The notes under the pieces are model-generated. The model was not told where the DNA came from. It saw nothing but the letters and a program-made list of their open reading frames with translations, and did not search any database. Shown here in pieces: positions 17,508-26,448 of a stretch of DNA of 48,084 nucleotides (positions are counted from its first letter, which is position 1; each line of letters starts with the position of its first letter). Position numbers and translations under genes: made by a program. The DNA is from a virus (lineage: Duplodnaviria; Caudoviricetes): positions 1 through 48,084 of the IMG/VR virus record IMGVR_UViG_3300046490_000071, one strand, 5' to 3'.

Positions 17508-17675
17508 ATGTACACCGTGATCATCATCTATCTTTCATTCGGCCTCTTCGCCGCGATCTTCTATCGCTGGGCTTACCACATCAGTGGCGGCTGGATGGCG
17601 CTCACCGTCGTCGGCTGGCTTCCGATATGGATTTGGTGCTTCGTCGAGAGCGTTCGCGAGCTATCGAGGCAATGA
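17508..17675 (+). CDS. Small two-TM membrane protein
   Basis: Translated by hand: MYTVIIIYLSFGLFAAIFY...WMALTVVGWLPIWIW. Confidence 0.5.
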   Translation: MYTVIIIYLSFGLFAAIFYRWAYHISGGWMALTVVGWLPIWIWCFVESVRELSRQ

Positions 17676-17771
17676 GATTCCCCGCGAGGGGTACGACGAA
17701 GAGCGGAGCACTGCTGGCGGTGGGTATGTCCGCTCACCTGCATGCCGCCGGTAATTTTCGAGGAGAGACAA

Positions 17772-18074
17772 ATGGAAGGCGTAAACCACATCAAACTCGG
17801 GACTGGCGCGTTCGTGGTGAACCATGGGACATACGAAGGCTCGCCAGCGCTGTTCATCGAACCGGTCGAAGTAGCGGGCACGGTCGGAACCGACGCAACC
17901 GATAGCGGACTGGAGCAGCACGGCGTTGCTCCCGGTGGCACGGTTATCACCTTTGGCAATAACAAGTGCGCGGAAGTGCTACGCGGAGAAATCCGAGCCG
18001 CGTGTCCCGATCCAGGCCGTGCTCCCGACCCGTTCGTTGATGCCGCCGAACGTGCCGCGTTGGGGCTGGACTGA
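17772..18074 (+). CDS. Hypothetical protein
   Basis: SD GAGGAG; TGATG coupling to the next gene. Confidence 0.6.
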   Translation: MEGVNHIKLGTGAFVVNHGTYEGSPALFIEPVEVAGTVGTDATDSGLEQHGVAPGGTVITFGNNKCAEVLRGEIRAACPDPGRAPDPFVDAAERAALGLD

Positions 18075-18292
18075 TGGCGACAATCACAATCACTGAGCAG
18101 ACCTTTGAGATCGGTCGAGACGCCTACGGTCGTCGGGTGACAGCCACGCGCCATCGTACCTACGACGGCAAGACGATGTGGCGGATCAAGAGCGATCCCA
18201 TCAGTCAACGTGACGATGGAGAGGGCATTAACGCCCTCTCCGACGACAACCTGCTGCAACTGGCCGAAGCTGTTGCGGCTGTAAAGAATTGA
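18074..18292 (+). CDS. Hypothetical protein
   Basis: Translationally coupled ORF. Confidence 0.6.
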   Translation: MATITITEQTFEIGRDAYGRRVTATRHRTYDGKTMWRIKSDPISQRDDGEGINALSDDNLLQLAEAVAAVKN

Positions 18293-18303
18293 GGAGTATC
18301 GGA

Positions 18304-18498
18304 ATGGGCCGCGATGACGAATGCCGCAAATCCGACCTCGTGGATATTTCCGCCGAAGTGAAGGGCGAGACCGAGAAGGTATGGCGTCTATTTGACGGCG
18401 CCAAGACTGAGTGGGTTCCGAAGTCGCAGGTCGAAGACAACGGCGACGGCACATTCGCGATGCCGAAATGGCTCGCCAAGGACAAAGGATTCATCTGA
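18304..18498 (+). CDS. Hypothetical protein
   Basis: ETEK....DG....WVPKSQ...MPKWLA..KG pattern; SD GAGGAG. Confidence 0.65.
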   Translation: MGRDDECRKSDLVDISAEVKGETEKVWRLFDGAKTEWVPKSQVEDNGDGTFAMPKWLAKDKGFI

Positions 18499-18701
18499 TG
18501 TCGAAACGCTGGCAGACCAACAATCGCGACCGCAAGAGCAAGAAATATCTCGAAACGCACGCCTGCTTGCGAAAGGACGTCAAGAACATCCCATACATTC
18601 CGCCGGAGCGGTTCAAGCCCGCGGATTACGAGCCTCCGAAACAGCAAGCGCAGCCGTGGCACACCTACAATCGGGACCACGGCGAAAGCGCGGCGGCATG
18701 A
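18498..18701 (+). CDS. Hypothetical protein
   Basis: Coupled by TGATG and ATGA overlaps. Confidence 0.55.
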   Translation: MSKRWQTNNRDRKSKKYLETHACLRKDVKNIPYIPPERFKPADYEPPKQQAQPWHTYNRDHGESAAA

Positions 18702-18973
18702 CACCGGAGATCGCGCTCGAACACGCAATCCAGATCGTAGGGTCGGCGGCCGAGTTGGCGCGGCAGATTGGCGTGACCCGGCAGGCGATCAACGGCTGGG
18801 ACGTGTGCCCGGCCGACCGCGTGCTCGCGGTTGCGGAAGCTGTGCGTAAAGCGCTGAAGCGCCCGCGCCACAAGATCACCAAGTACGACTTGCGTCCTGA
18901 CGTTTATCGGCGCCGGGCTGGCGCGCATCGAAAAAGCCAGCCGAATCGTAATCTCAAACCCGGAGAGGACTGA
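18698..18973 (+). CDS. Cro-like (YdaS family) HTH regulator
   Basis: AI..VGS.AELAR.IGVTRQAINGW..CP..RV.....LRPDVY. Confidence 0.85.
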   Translation: MTPEIALEHAIQIVGSAAELARQIGVTRQAINGWDVCPADRVLAVAEAVRKALKRPRHKITKYDLRPDVYRRRAGAHRKSQPNRNLKPGED

Positions 18974-18974
18974 C

Positions 18975-19409
18975 ATGGCGGAACGTGTGAAGAAAGACTC
19001 GGCGAAGAAAGGCCGGGGCAGGAAGAAGCCAGCCGACGATGAAGGCGGCGGAACCGGCAAGGGCTCGGAAAGCCCGAGCATGGGTCACAATCTGACGACC
19101 ATCCGCAAGGATGCCGAGCCCATCTTTCAACGGCTTGCGAAGCTGCAGGCCGACATGGAAAGCCAGATGGGCGAGTTCCGCGTCGACTTCAAGAACCTGT
19201 ACGAAGAAGGCGCCAACAAGATCGGCTGCTCGCGCAAGATCTTGCGCAAGGAGTTCCGCCGCTACCTCAACAATCTGCGGCAGGAACAGGAAGAGCAGGA
19301 GATGGAAGCCTCTGAGCGCGAGCAGATCGAAACGCTGCGCGCGGCGCTCGGTGATACGCCTTTCGGTCGGTACATCGAAGGCCAACTCGCCGAGGCCAGC
19401 GGCGGGTGA
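18975..19409 (+). CDS. GapR-like (DUF2312-type) DNA-binding protein
   Basis: GHN motif, then helical RL..L...D.K.LY.E....G...K.LR..., ending ALG. Confidence 0.55.
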   Translation: MAERVKKDSAKKGRGRKKPADDEGGGTGKGSESPSMGHNLTTIRKDAEPIFQRLAKLQADMESQMGEFRVDFKNLYEEGANKIGCSRKILRKEFRRYLNNLRQEQEEQEMEASEREQIETLRAALGDTPFGRYIEGQLAEASGG

Positions 19410-19984
19410 TAATCCTCGGACTCGATGGTGGAATTCACCTCGGCTATGCAGCTCTCGGGGGCGGTAAAAATGCCATCTCCGGGAGCCGCCTTCTTCGCGG
19501 CGGTCCGCACGACATGGGCAAGACCATGCGGCACGCTGACGACGTGATCCGCAGCCTTATCATTGAAGTGCGGCCGGACGTGATCGCATTCGCCAGTCCG
19601 TTCGTGGCGTTGATCCGAGGCCGCGCCGTGCAGCCGGATTCCATCCGGCCGCTGTTCGGGATACTGGCAAAGATCGAAGAGATCGCGGACGAGCTGCGCA
19701 TCCGGTGTACGGAATGGGACGAACCGTCAGCGCGCCGGAAGTTCCTGGCGCATGTTCCCCGCAAATCCAAGGACATAAAGGCTGCGGTGATGCAAGCATG
19801 CCGCGACCGCGGCTGGCCGGTCTGTGACGACCACGCCGGTGATAGTCTTTGCATCGCGGCCTATGCACTCGAAAAGCTGGAGCCGTCGACCGCGCACCTG
19901 ACGACGCCGCTGTTTCAGCGCGAGCATCAGGCGCCGATAAAGCGGGAACGCAGAAAGCGCGCGCCGCGTGCCGCGCTCAAATGA
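19406..19984 (+). CDS. RuvC-like Holliday junction resolvase
   Basis: ILGLD.G...GYA start; RK.....K..V...C..RGW...D.H..DSL. Confidence 0.7.
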   Translation: MIILGLDGGIHLGYAALGGGKNAISGSRLLRGGPHDMGKTMRHADDVIRSLIIEVRPDVIAFASPFVALIRGRAVQPDSIRPLFGILAKIEEIADELRIRCTEWDEPSARRKFLAHVPRKSKDIKAAVMQACRDRGWPVCDDHAGDSLCIAAYALEKLEPSTAHLTTPLFQREHQAPIKRERRKRAPRAALK

Positions 19985-20268
19985 ACCCGCGCGCCGGCCT
20001 GAAACGTTACGGCATGAGAGCCTATTTGGTAGCGGGACCGAGCGGCGCCTGGATCATCGAAAGGGACCGGCCATATCGGTTTTTTGTTAAGCGACAGGAT
20101 GGCCCGGCGCCATACGGCGACTTCTTCGCTTTCAAGTTCAATCGGCTGGGCCCGGCTCGCCGATACGCAGAGCACCTTGCCGGAATTTTGCAACACTGCG
20201 ACGACTATCCATATTCGGAAGTGCCGGTTTATTTGCGAAGATGGAAGCCGAAACAGAAAACAGCGTGA
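19981..20268 (+). CDS. Hypothetical protein
   Basis: ATGA-coupled ORF. Confidence 0.5.
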   Translation: MNPRAGLKRYGMRAYLVAGPSGAWIIERDRPYRFFVKRQDGPAPYGDFFAFKFNRLGPARRYAEHLAGILQHCDDYPYSEVPVYLRRWKPKQKTA

Positions 20269-20275
20269 GGGGATT

Positions 20276-20614
20276 ATGGCTGGAAGCGCAGGAAGACAAC
20301 CGTCAAAGCGGCTGTGGATCAACACCGTCACGCAAGAAGCGTTGGCGGCCGGAAAGAGCCCTGTGGAGGTCATGGCAGGAACAATTCGCCGTGGCGTTAC
20401 GCAAGTCCGCTGGCGCGCATGGTGCCGCCTGATGAGCGCAAACGAAGGCTATTCTATGAAGGGAATTGCCAACGTGTCCGGCTTTGACCACACGTCAATT
20501 AGGTTTGGCGTTGCTCGGCTGGCTGGCCTTTCACGGAGCGAAAGCAAGCGATCAGGCATCGACATGAAAGCGGTGCTGTCACAGGCGAGAATACGAATGG
20601 GCGGTTCAGTGTGA
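20276..20614 (+). CDS. DnaA C-terminal-like HTH protein
   Basis: R...W....GYS..GIA...GFDHTSIRFGV. Confidence 0.65.
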   Translation: MAGSAGRQPSKRLWINTVTQEALAAGKSPVEVMAGTIRRGVTQVRWRAWCRLMSANEGYSMKGIANVSGFDHTSIRFGVARLAGLSRSESKRSGIDMKAVLSQARIRMGGSV

Positions 20615-21276
20615 CCGTTTCAGCTCGCGGTCTATTCCGAGCCACCGGCAAGAAGTCGAAGCCGGTTCCCGTTCGCCTGCTCGACGGCAGTTATTCCAAG
20701 GCAAACGGTCTTGAGCGCGAGTCCGCAGACTTTTACCCAACTCCGCCAGAACCGACGCGCGCGTTCTTGAGCGCTGAGATTGAGCGGCTACGCGACTTTG
20801 TGACGATTTGGGAACCAGCGTGCGGCGATGGCGCGATGAAACGCGAGATGGAAACCGTTGGCCTATCGGTGTTTGCCTCCGACTTGATCGACAGAGGCTG
20901 CGGTGCGGTGATCCGAGATTTCTACGACTTTGCCACCGCGCCTGTGCGAGCCATCGTGACCAACCCGCCTTTCGCAGAATGTGGCTGGGGCAACGGAAAG
21001 GCTCGCTGGCTTAAGCACGCGCTTGATACGCTTGGCGTCGAATACATGGCGCTGCTGATGAATTGGTCCTGGCCTGGAGCCGGTGGGCTCGGACCGTTTT
21101 GGGCGGCCCATCCGCCCGCGCGCGTTTATTTGATGCGCTGGAAAATAGATTTCACCGGACAAGGCGCACCGCCGATGCTCAACGGATGGTTTGTCTGGGA
21201 TAAGGCGTGGCAGGGCGAAACCGTCCTCCGCATGCTGGACCTCTCAGACGCGCGCCAAAGCGAGTTATTCCCTTGA
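20611..21276 (+). CDS. SAM-dependent DNA (amino) methyltransferase
   Basis: DFYPTP, IWEPACGDG, IVTNPPF. Confidence 0.8.
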   Translation: MTVSARGLFRATGKKSKPVPVRLLDGSYSKANGLERESADFYPTPPEPTRAFLSAEIERLRDFVTIWEPACGDGAMKREMETVGLSVFASDLIDRGCGAVIRDFYDFATAPVRAIVTNPPFAECGWGNGKARWLKHALDTLGVEYMALLMNWSWPGAGGLGPFWAAHPPARVYLMRWKIDFTGQGAPPMLNGWFVWDKAWQGETVLRMLDLSDARQSELFP

Positions 21277-21671
21277 CCGAACGCACCCGCCTTCCTGATC
21301 GCAACGCCGCTGAAACCTTCTGTTTCGAGCACGAAGGTGTGAAATATCATGCGACAGTCTGACGGTTCGACGATGGCACGGTCGCGGAACTGTTTCTCAA
21401 CGGTGGCAAAGTCGGAAGCGCGGCGGCGACGATCTCGCGTGACGCAGCGGTGGTCTTCAGCATCTCCAGGCAGCACGGCGTTCCGCTTGAAACCATCGTG
21501 GCGGCGCTGACGAAGCTGGGCAACGGTGCGCCGGCTGGACCTTTGGGCATCGCCTTGAAGTTGTCTGAGCGGCCGCGTCTCGTCGTTGCGAACGAATCGG
21601 GCACTGTGGATGAAATCCAGCCGAGTCTTGATCCGTTCACCATGCCGCCGGAAGGGGATTCCGGCATCTGA
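21273..21671 (+). pseudogene. TSCPD-like (class II RNR C-terminal-like) protein with in-frame TGA
   Basis: RTRLPDR...ETF.F.H.G..YHATV*RFDDG...ELFL..GK.GS......D.A..FSI..QHGVPL; TGA at 21360-21362. Confidence 0.7.
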
Positions 21672-21983
21672 CTTGTGCGTTCCGTGCGACGGAGCCGCTA
21701 CCCGTAGCGCAGGACGAAGCCGCCCGTGCGACAGAGTGTGCCATCCTGTTGATATCTGCAAAATTGACGTTGCGCTTCGTCGGGAATCGGCGCCACCAAT
21801 TACGTGCCAGCGGAAATCGTCGCTGGGGCTCGATGTAGCTAATCGGGTTGCCGTCAGGCCGGGCTCGTTGGGTTTTCTCCGACCTTTGACCCCGGTCCGG
21901 CCGACGGACGCTAAAAGGTCGGAACAAATGCAATCCATCACGATATACGCCACGATTTTGCATTGCGCGCGGAGGGCCGCGTG

Positions 21984-23438
21984 ATGGACCAGGGCAACGC
22001 GCGAAACCTGCCTTTAGATATCGAGTGTGAGCAGGGATTGCTTGGCAGTTTGATCGTCAGCAATGAACTGATCGAAGCCGTGTCGGAAATTCTTGAGCCG
22101 GAAGACCTTTACGACGGGCTGCATCAGCGTCTGTTCGAGATGATTGTCCACCTGCACAACGAAGGTGCCGTCACGCCGTTGATTTTGCACTCGGTAATGA
22201 AGCACGATGGCGGGCTTCAGGAAGTCGGCGGGCACGCTTACATTGCCGGACTGGCGTCGGCCGCTCCGGCCCTTCCGAACATCGTTGACCTTGCGCAGAT
22301 ATTGAAACGTCTTTCGCAGCGCCGCGCGATCATCCGCATAGCCGAAGACGCGATTGACTCCGCATATGAGAACCCGCGCGATCAGCCTGCGCACGCTATC
22401 GCTGAGCACACCACGGACGCTCTTGCGGCGGTGATGTCCGGCATGGGGCGTGGCGCCCGGCATCAGACGATCCACGCCTATGAGGCCGCAGACAACCTGT
22501 TGAGGCGCATCCAGGAGCAGGCGCTGCAAGAGCGGCCGCTGGGCATCAAGACCGGGATCGGCGCGCTGGACCGGATCATCGGCGCGCTATTGCCGGGAAC
22601 TGTCTGGTACGTGGGCGGGCGCCCTGGCATGGGGAAATCGATCATCGGAACAACACTGTGTCTCAATGCAGCGCGCCAGGGTTTTCCCGCGGATTACTAC
22701 AGCGGCGAGATGGGCGACGAAGCCCTCAGCGCCCGCATGCTTTGCGATATTGATTATGACCGCAGCGTCGAGGAACGCTTGCGGCCATTGATTTATCAGC
22801 ATTTTCAGCACTTGAACGCCTCGGGCGGAGAACTTGAGCGAGCCACCGTCGCGCGCAACGAGCTTTCACGGCTCCCGATCGAGATCATGGACGCCGGGCG
22901 GCTCACCGTCGAATGGATCGACAGCAACTGCCGGCGGCGCGCGAGGATGAACCCCGGCACGCGGCTGGTCGTGGTCGACCACTTGCAGAAAGTCAGTTCT
23001 AATGGCGTCCGCCGCGGCGCCAACCGCGTTGAAGAAATCACTCAGATCACCGGATCGATCGCTACTCTTGCGAAAGACCTTGGCTGGGTGTTCGTCGTTC
23101 TGTCCCAGCTTGGCCGCGAGATCGAAAGCCGCGACGACAAGCATCCACGGCAGTCCGATTTTCGAGAATCAGGATCGATTGAGCAGGACGCGGACGGCCA
23201 GATCGGTATCATGCGCCCGGAGCGCTACACGAAAGAGAAGATTCGCGCCGCGCACAACGAAGAGCAGCGCAACAAGGCGATGGTCGAAGACGAAAAGGCC
23301 AAGGACGTGCTCGAGATCGGCGTTTTGAAGAACAGGGCTGGTGCCGAGGCAGACTACTTCGAAGTGTTCATCGATAAGCGTGCCGCCGCGATCCGCGACG
23401 AACGCCCGTCGACCGCAGACATGAGATTGGAATTTTGA
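21984..23438 (+). CDS. dnaB: Replicative DNA helicase
   Basis: EQGLLGSL, GRPGMGKS (Walker A), VVDHLQ, LSQLGREIE.R.DK.P..SDFRESGSIEQDAD, KNRAG. Confidence 0.95.
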   Translation: MDQGNARNLPLDIECEQGLLGSLIVSNELIEAVSEILEPEDLYDGLHQRLFEMIVHLHNEGAVTPLILHSVMKHDGGLQEVGGHAYIAGLASAAPALPNIVDLAQILKRLSQRRAIIRIAEDAIDSAYENPRDQPAHAIAEHTTDALAAVMSGMGRGARHQTIHAYEAADNLLRRIQEQALQERPLGIKTGIGALDRIIGALLPGTVWYVGGRPGMGKSIIGTTLCLNAARQGFPADYYSGEMGDEALSARMLCDIDYDRSVEERLRPLIYQHFQHLNASGGELERATVARNELSRLPIEIMDAGRLTVEWIDSNCRRRARMNPGTRLVVVDHLQKVSSNGVRRGANRVEEITQITGSIATLAKDLGWVFVVLSQLGREIESRDDKHPRQSDFRESGSIEQDADGQIGIMRPERYTKEKIRAAHNEEQRNKAMVEDEKAKDVLEIGVLKNRAGAEADYFEVFIDKRAAAIRDERPSTADMRLEF

Positions 23439-23462
23439 GAACAACAATTGGAGAGGGACAGC

Positions 23463-24065
23463 ATGTCTAGTGTGGAAATTAGTTGGGCGCTCAATCAGAA
23501 ACTTCACGCAGCGCAAAAAATGGTGTTGCTTGTTATGGCCGACTACTGCTGCGAAGGTCACGGTCGGATTGAATTTGATTATTTGATAAATCGCGCGGGA
23601 GTAAGCGTAGACGAAGCATGGCGCATATTTGAGGATTTAGAATTTTTTGGGCTGCTTGAGCGGGCAATTCCAGATGGAATTCCTCCTATTCCATTCGTCG
23701 TTTATTTCACACTATTCACGTCCGCCGGCTATTGCGAACCGCCTGCGAACAGTTCACCGCAAACGATGGCGTCACATGGCAACAGTTCAAGACGCGGATT
23801 CGTTTACGTAATTCAGGCTGCCAATAATACTTGCAAAATAGGCATTTCTATAGATGTCGAGAAGCGGATAAGAGATCTACAACGCACTAGCGGAAAGTTT
23901 TTGAAGCTGGTGCGTTCTTTCGAAACATCCCGAGAAAGTATGCGTGATGTGGAAAGTGCTGCGCACGCTCATTTTCATGAGCACCGCGTAAGTGGAGAAT
24001 GGTTTGATCTTTCTCCAGACGACGCGGTTGAGTTTTTGGAAGCATATCTTCGGAGGCTCGCATGA
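23463..24065 (+). CDS. wHTH-like N-terminus fused to T5orf172/GIY-YIG-like nuclease domain
   Basis: GFVYVI.....CKIGIS.D.EKR..DLQ...E...H..F...RV.GEWF; visibly AT-richer than its neighbours. Confidence 0.8.
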   Translation: MSSVEISWALNQKLHAAQKMVLLVMADYCCEGHGRIEFDYLINRAGVSVDEAWRIFEDLEFFGLLERAIPDGIPPIPFVVYFTLFTSAGYCEPPANSSPQTMASHGNSSRRGFVYVIQAANNTCKIGISIDVEKRIRDLQRTSGKFLKLVRSFETSRESMRDVESAAHAHFHEHRVSGEWFDLSPDDAVEFLEAYLRRLA

Positions 24066-24901
24066 CCGGTCACGTCGTTGGGTGGGCATTCAAGCAGAAA
24101 ACTGGTTCGCCGATTACGAAGGCTGTTTTGGTGAAGCTCGCCGATAACGCCAACGACACGGGGCACTGCTACCCGTCGATCCCCCACCTCGTCGCGCACT
24201 TGGAATTGTCCGAACGCGCACTCCGGGAACACCTCAAAAAGCTGGAAGACATGGGTATGATCACCGTGATCCGGAGGTCCGAAGGCGGGGTAAATCTTCC
24301 TAGCAAATATCAGCTCAACTTGGAAACCACTTTTGAGGTGGTTACGGTCGTGCGCAGGGGTAATGCGCCACATGCAGTACCCCCCATGCAGGAAGCGCAT
24401 ACTGGTAGTGCGCCACGTGCAGAGGGGGTAGTGCGCCACGTGCAGACAGAACCCCCACTGTTAAACCCCCAAGAGAACCCCCAGACTGAAACCCCATCTA
24501 CGGCTGTCGCCGTCGTTGCCGTTCAATCCGATGCTGATCTCGCTATCGACGCCTTCAACGAGTCTGCGGAAAACGGTCCTAAGTGGATCAAATGCGTGGT
24601 GAGAACCGCCAACAGGCGGAAACTCATTGAGGCGCGACTGAAGGAAGTCGGGCTCGACGGCTGGCGGGCGGCTGTGGCGCGCGCGGCGCGGTCGGATTTT
24701 CTGAGCGGCCGGGCGAAGCGATCGGCTGGTCATGAAAATTGGAAGGTCGACATCGCATGGTTCGCGAAGGCCGAAAGCTTCGCGAAGATTATCGAGGGGA
24801 AGTTCGACAACCGGACCGACCGGAATCCGCTCCACACGACAGGCTTCGAGTCCGCGCTCGAGGGGTTGGGCGATTTCATGGAGAGCCGCCGTGCGCACTG
24901 A
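24062..24901 (+). CDS. Replication initiator protein (N-terminal wHTH, lambda O-like)
   Basis: WAF.Q......KAVLV.LADNAND.G.CYPS...L....LSER.....L..LE..G; C-terminal DI.WF......KIIEGKFDN; contains iterons. Confidence 0.85.
   Translation: MTGHVVGWAFKQKTGSPITKAVLVKLADNANDTGHCYPSIPHLVAHLELSERALREHLKKLEDMGMITVIRRSEGGVNLPSKYQLNLETTFEVVTVVRRGNAPHAVPPMQEAHTGSAPRAEGVVRHVQTEPPLLNPQENPQTETPSTAVAVVAVQSDADLAIDAFNESAENGPKWIKCVVRTANRRKLIEARLKEVGLDGWRAAVARAARSDFLSGRAKRSAGHENWKVDIAWFAKAESFAKIIEGKFDNRTDRNPLHTTGFESALEGLGDFMESRRAH
24359..24446 (+). repeat. Iterons, probable replication origin inside the initiator gene
   Basis: GGTAATGCGCCACATGCAG (24359); GGTAGTGCGCCACGTGCAGA twice (24404, 24427); a degenerate inverted copy near 24387-24402. 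Confidence 0.75.
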
Positions 24902-25430
24902 GATCGCAACGTTTGATGGGTATGTCGCGGGGCGAGACCTGCTGGAGCGCGCGGAGCGGGCGGTAGGGCTGTGGCACGCGGACGCTGATAGGCTGGTCGG
25001 CGGCGACGCTGAGGCGCTGTGCGCCGCGGCTGAGGCTATGATCGCGAGCGGCGAGGCCAAGCGGCTGTGCGAGTTGATCGAGACGCAGGCGGCGGACCAC
25101 TCCGTGATCGACGCGGTAGCGGAACTGATCGGGAGTTTTATCCCACCGAAGGACGTCAACATCCGGATATTTTCGCGGATGATGGCGCATGACGTGCTGG
25201 CGCTTGGCGCGAGCGCGCAGGCGATCGAGGTCGCGGCGGCAAAGCTGCGCGCCGGATGCGACTTTCTGCCATCGATCAAGAAAGTGGTCGATGCGGTGAA
25301 AGAGCAGGACGAGGGCTTGAAGGCGCGCGCGGAGTTGATCCGGCGCCTGCCTGGGAGGATCAAGGAACGGCGCGGGCTGACGACGGGCGTCGCAACGCCG
25401 CCGCTATTGGCCAGCGGGGAACCGGCATGA
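24891..25430 (+). CDS. Hypothetical replication-associated protein (helicase-loader position)
   Basis: GTG start with GGAG SD; FLPSI motif; directly follows the initiator. Confidence 0.55.
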   Translation: MRTEIATFDGYVAGRDLLERAERAVGLWHADADRLVGGDAEALCAAAEAMIASGEAKRLCELIETQAADHSVIDAVAELIGSFIPPKDVNIRIFSRMMAHDVLALGASAQAIEVAAAKLRAGCDFLPSIKKVVDAVKEQDEGLKARAELIRRLPGRIKERRGLTTGVATPPLLASGEPA

Positions 25431-25663
25431 CCGCATCGCTCGACAAACTGGCGCAGACAATCGCCGAGATGGATGACGGGGCGTGGGTGGCGTCGGCGCC
25501 GCGCATTCGGGCTCGCTTCTACGCGAATGAGCGAAAGTTCCTGGCCGCGATCGAAGAGCCGAGTCTAGACATGATTACCGCGGCGGACCAAGTGCGCCAC
25601 AGCTACCGCGGCGAAATAATCTGGAAGGCGATGATTGCTAATCTGGCGGCGGAAGAAATGTGA
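25427..25663 (+). CDS. Hypothetical protein
   Basis: EPS..MI.AA....IWKAMI; ATGA overlap. Confidence 0.6.
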   Translation: MTASLDKLAQTIAEMDDGAWVASAPRIRARFYANERKFLAAIEEPSLDMITAADQVRHSYRGEIIWKAMIANLAAEEM

Positions 25664-25742
25664 TGCCCGCTATTCCACACGGCACGCCCGCGGCTGGCTG
25701 AAACGCAATCGCAAGGATGATGGAAAGCGGCCAAAATAGCCC

Positions 25743-25772
25743 TTGCACAATACGCGAGAATCGGCCTACACT
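25743..25772 (+). promoter_or_regulatory. Sigma70-like promoter
   Basis: TTGCAC-18 bp-TACACT upstream of a GAGGAG SD. Confidence 0.6.
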
Positions 25773-25820
25773 GCCTTCGATGATTTGGGCCGGTGAGCCC
25801 GCCTGACGAGGAGAACCGAA

Positions 25821-26039
25821 ATGACCAGCCTCAAACACGGAACACAGATCGAATTGCACGGCACGCCCGCGATGGGCGGCTTTGGCGCCGTCTCGCCGGA
25901 GCGCGCGATAGTTGTTCGCCCGCGCCCCCAAAATCTTCCACTGCCCGGCGATGGCTGGCACATCGTCAAATTCAATGACGGCGGCAAGCTCTGCGTTCAC
26001 GAGAGCCGCTTCCGAGTCATCGACAATCGTGCCGCGTGA
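25821..26039 (+). CDS. Hypothetical protein
   Basis: SD GAGGAG. Confidence 0.6.
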   Translation: MTSLKHGTQIELHGTPAMGGFGAVSPERAIVVRPRPQNLPLPGDGWHIVKFNDGGKLCVHESRFRVIDNRAA

Positions 26040-26052
26040 TAAGGAAACTGAC

Positions 26053-26448
26053 ATGAGATTCATCACCACACTGAGCAGCGCGAAGTTTGCGATCAATTGC
26101 GTGGAAGGCGATGCCGCCGCGCTCGCTAGGCTCTTTCCCGGCATGACCGATCTCGTCGCGCACGAGGTGCTTCGCCAGCATCGTTTCGGCTGTCTGGTGA
26201 TCGGCGGCGATGCGGTCGAGATTGCTGATCGGCTTTGCGGGCCGCCGGACAATGCCAAAAGGCCAGCGGAGAACGATACCTGCCAAGAATGCGCCATGGG
26301 CGCTCCGATCTACATCCCGTGCGGCAGGCCGGCGGAATTCATGATCGAAAACCGCAGTGAGGTTTTGCCGATGTGCGCGGCTTGCGCCGATCACAACGTG
26401 CGCAATCGCGATGCGTTTTATCAGGTTGAGAAGGTGGAAAAACTGTAA
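26053..26448 (+). CDS. Hypothetical protein with Cys-rich C-terminus
   Basis: SD AAGGA; CQEC...CG.PA...MC..CADH. Confidence 0.6.
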   Translation: MRFITTLSSAKFAINCVEGDAAALARLFPGMTDLVAHEVLRQHRFGCLVIGGDAVEIADRLCGPPDNAKRPAENDTCQECAMGAPIYIPCGRPAEFMIENRSEVLPMCAACADHNVRNRDAFYQVEKVEKL

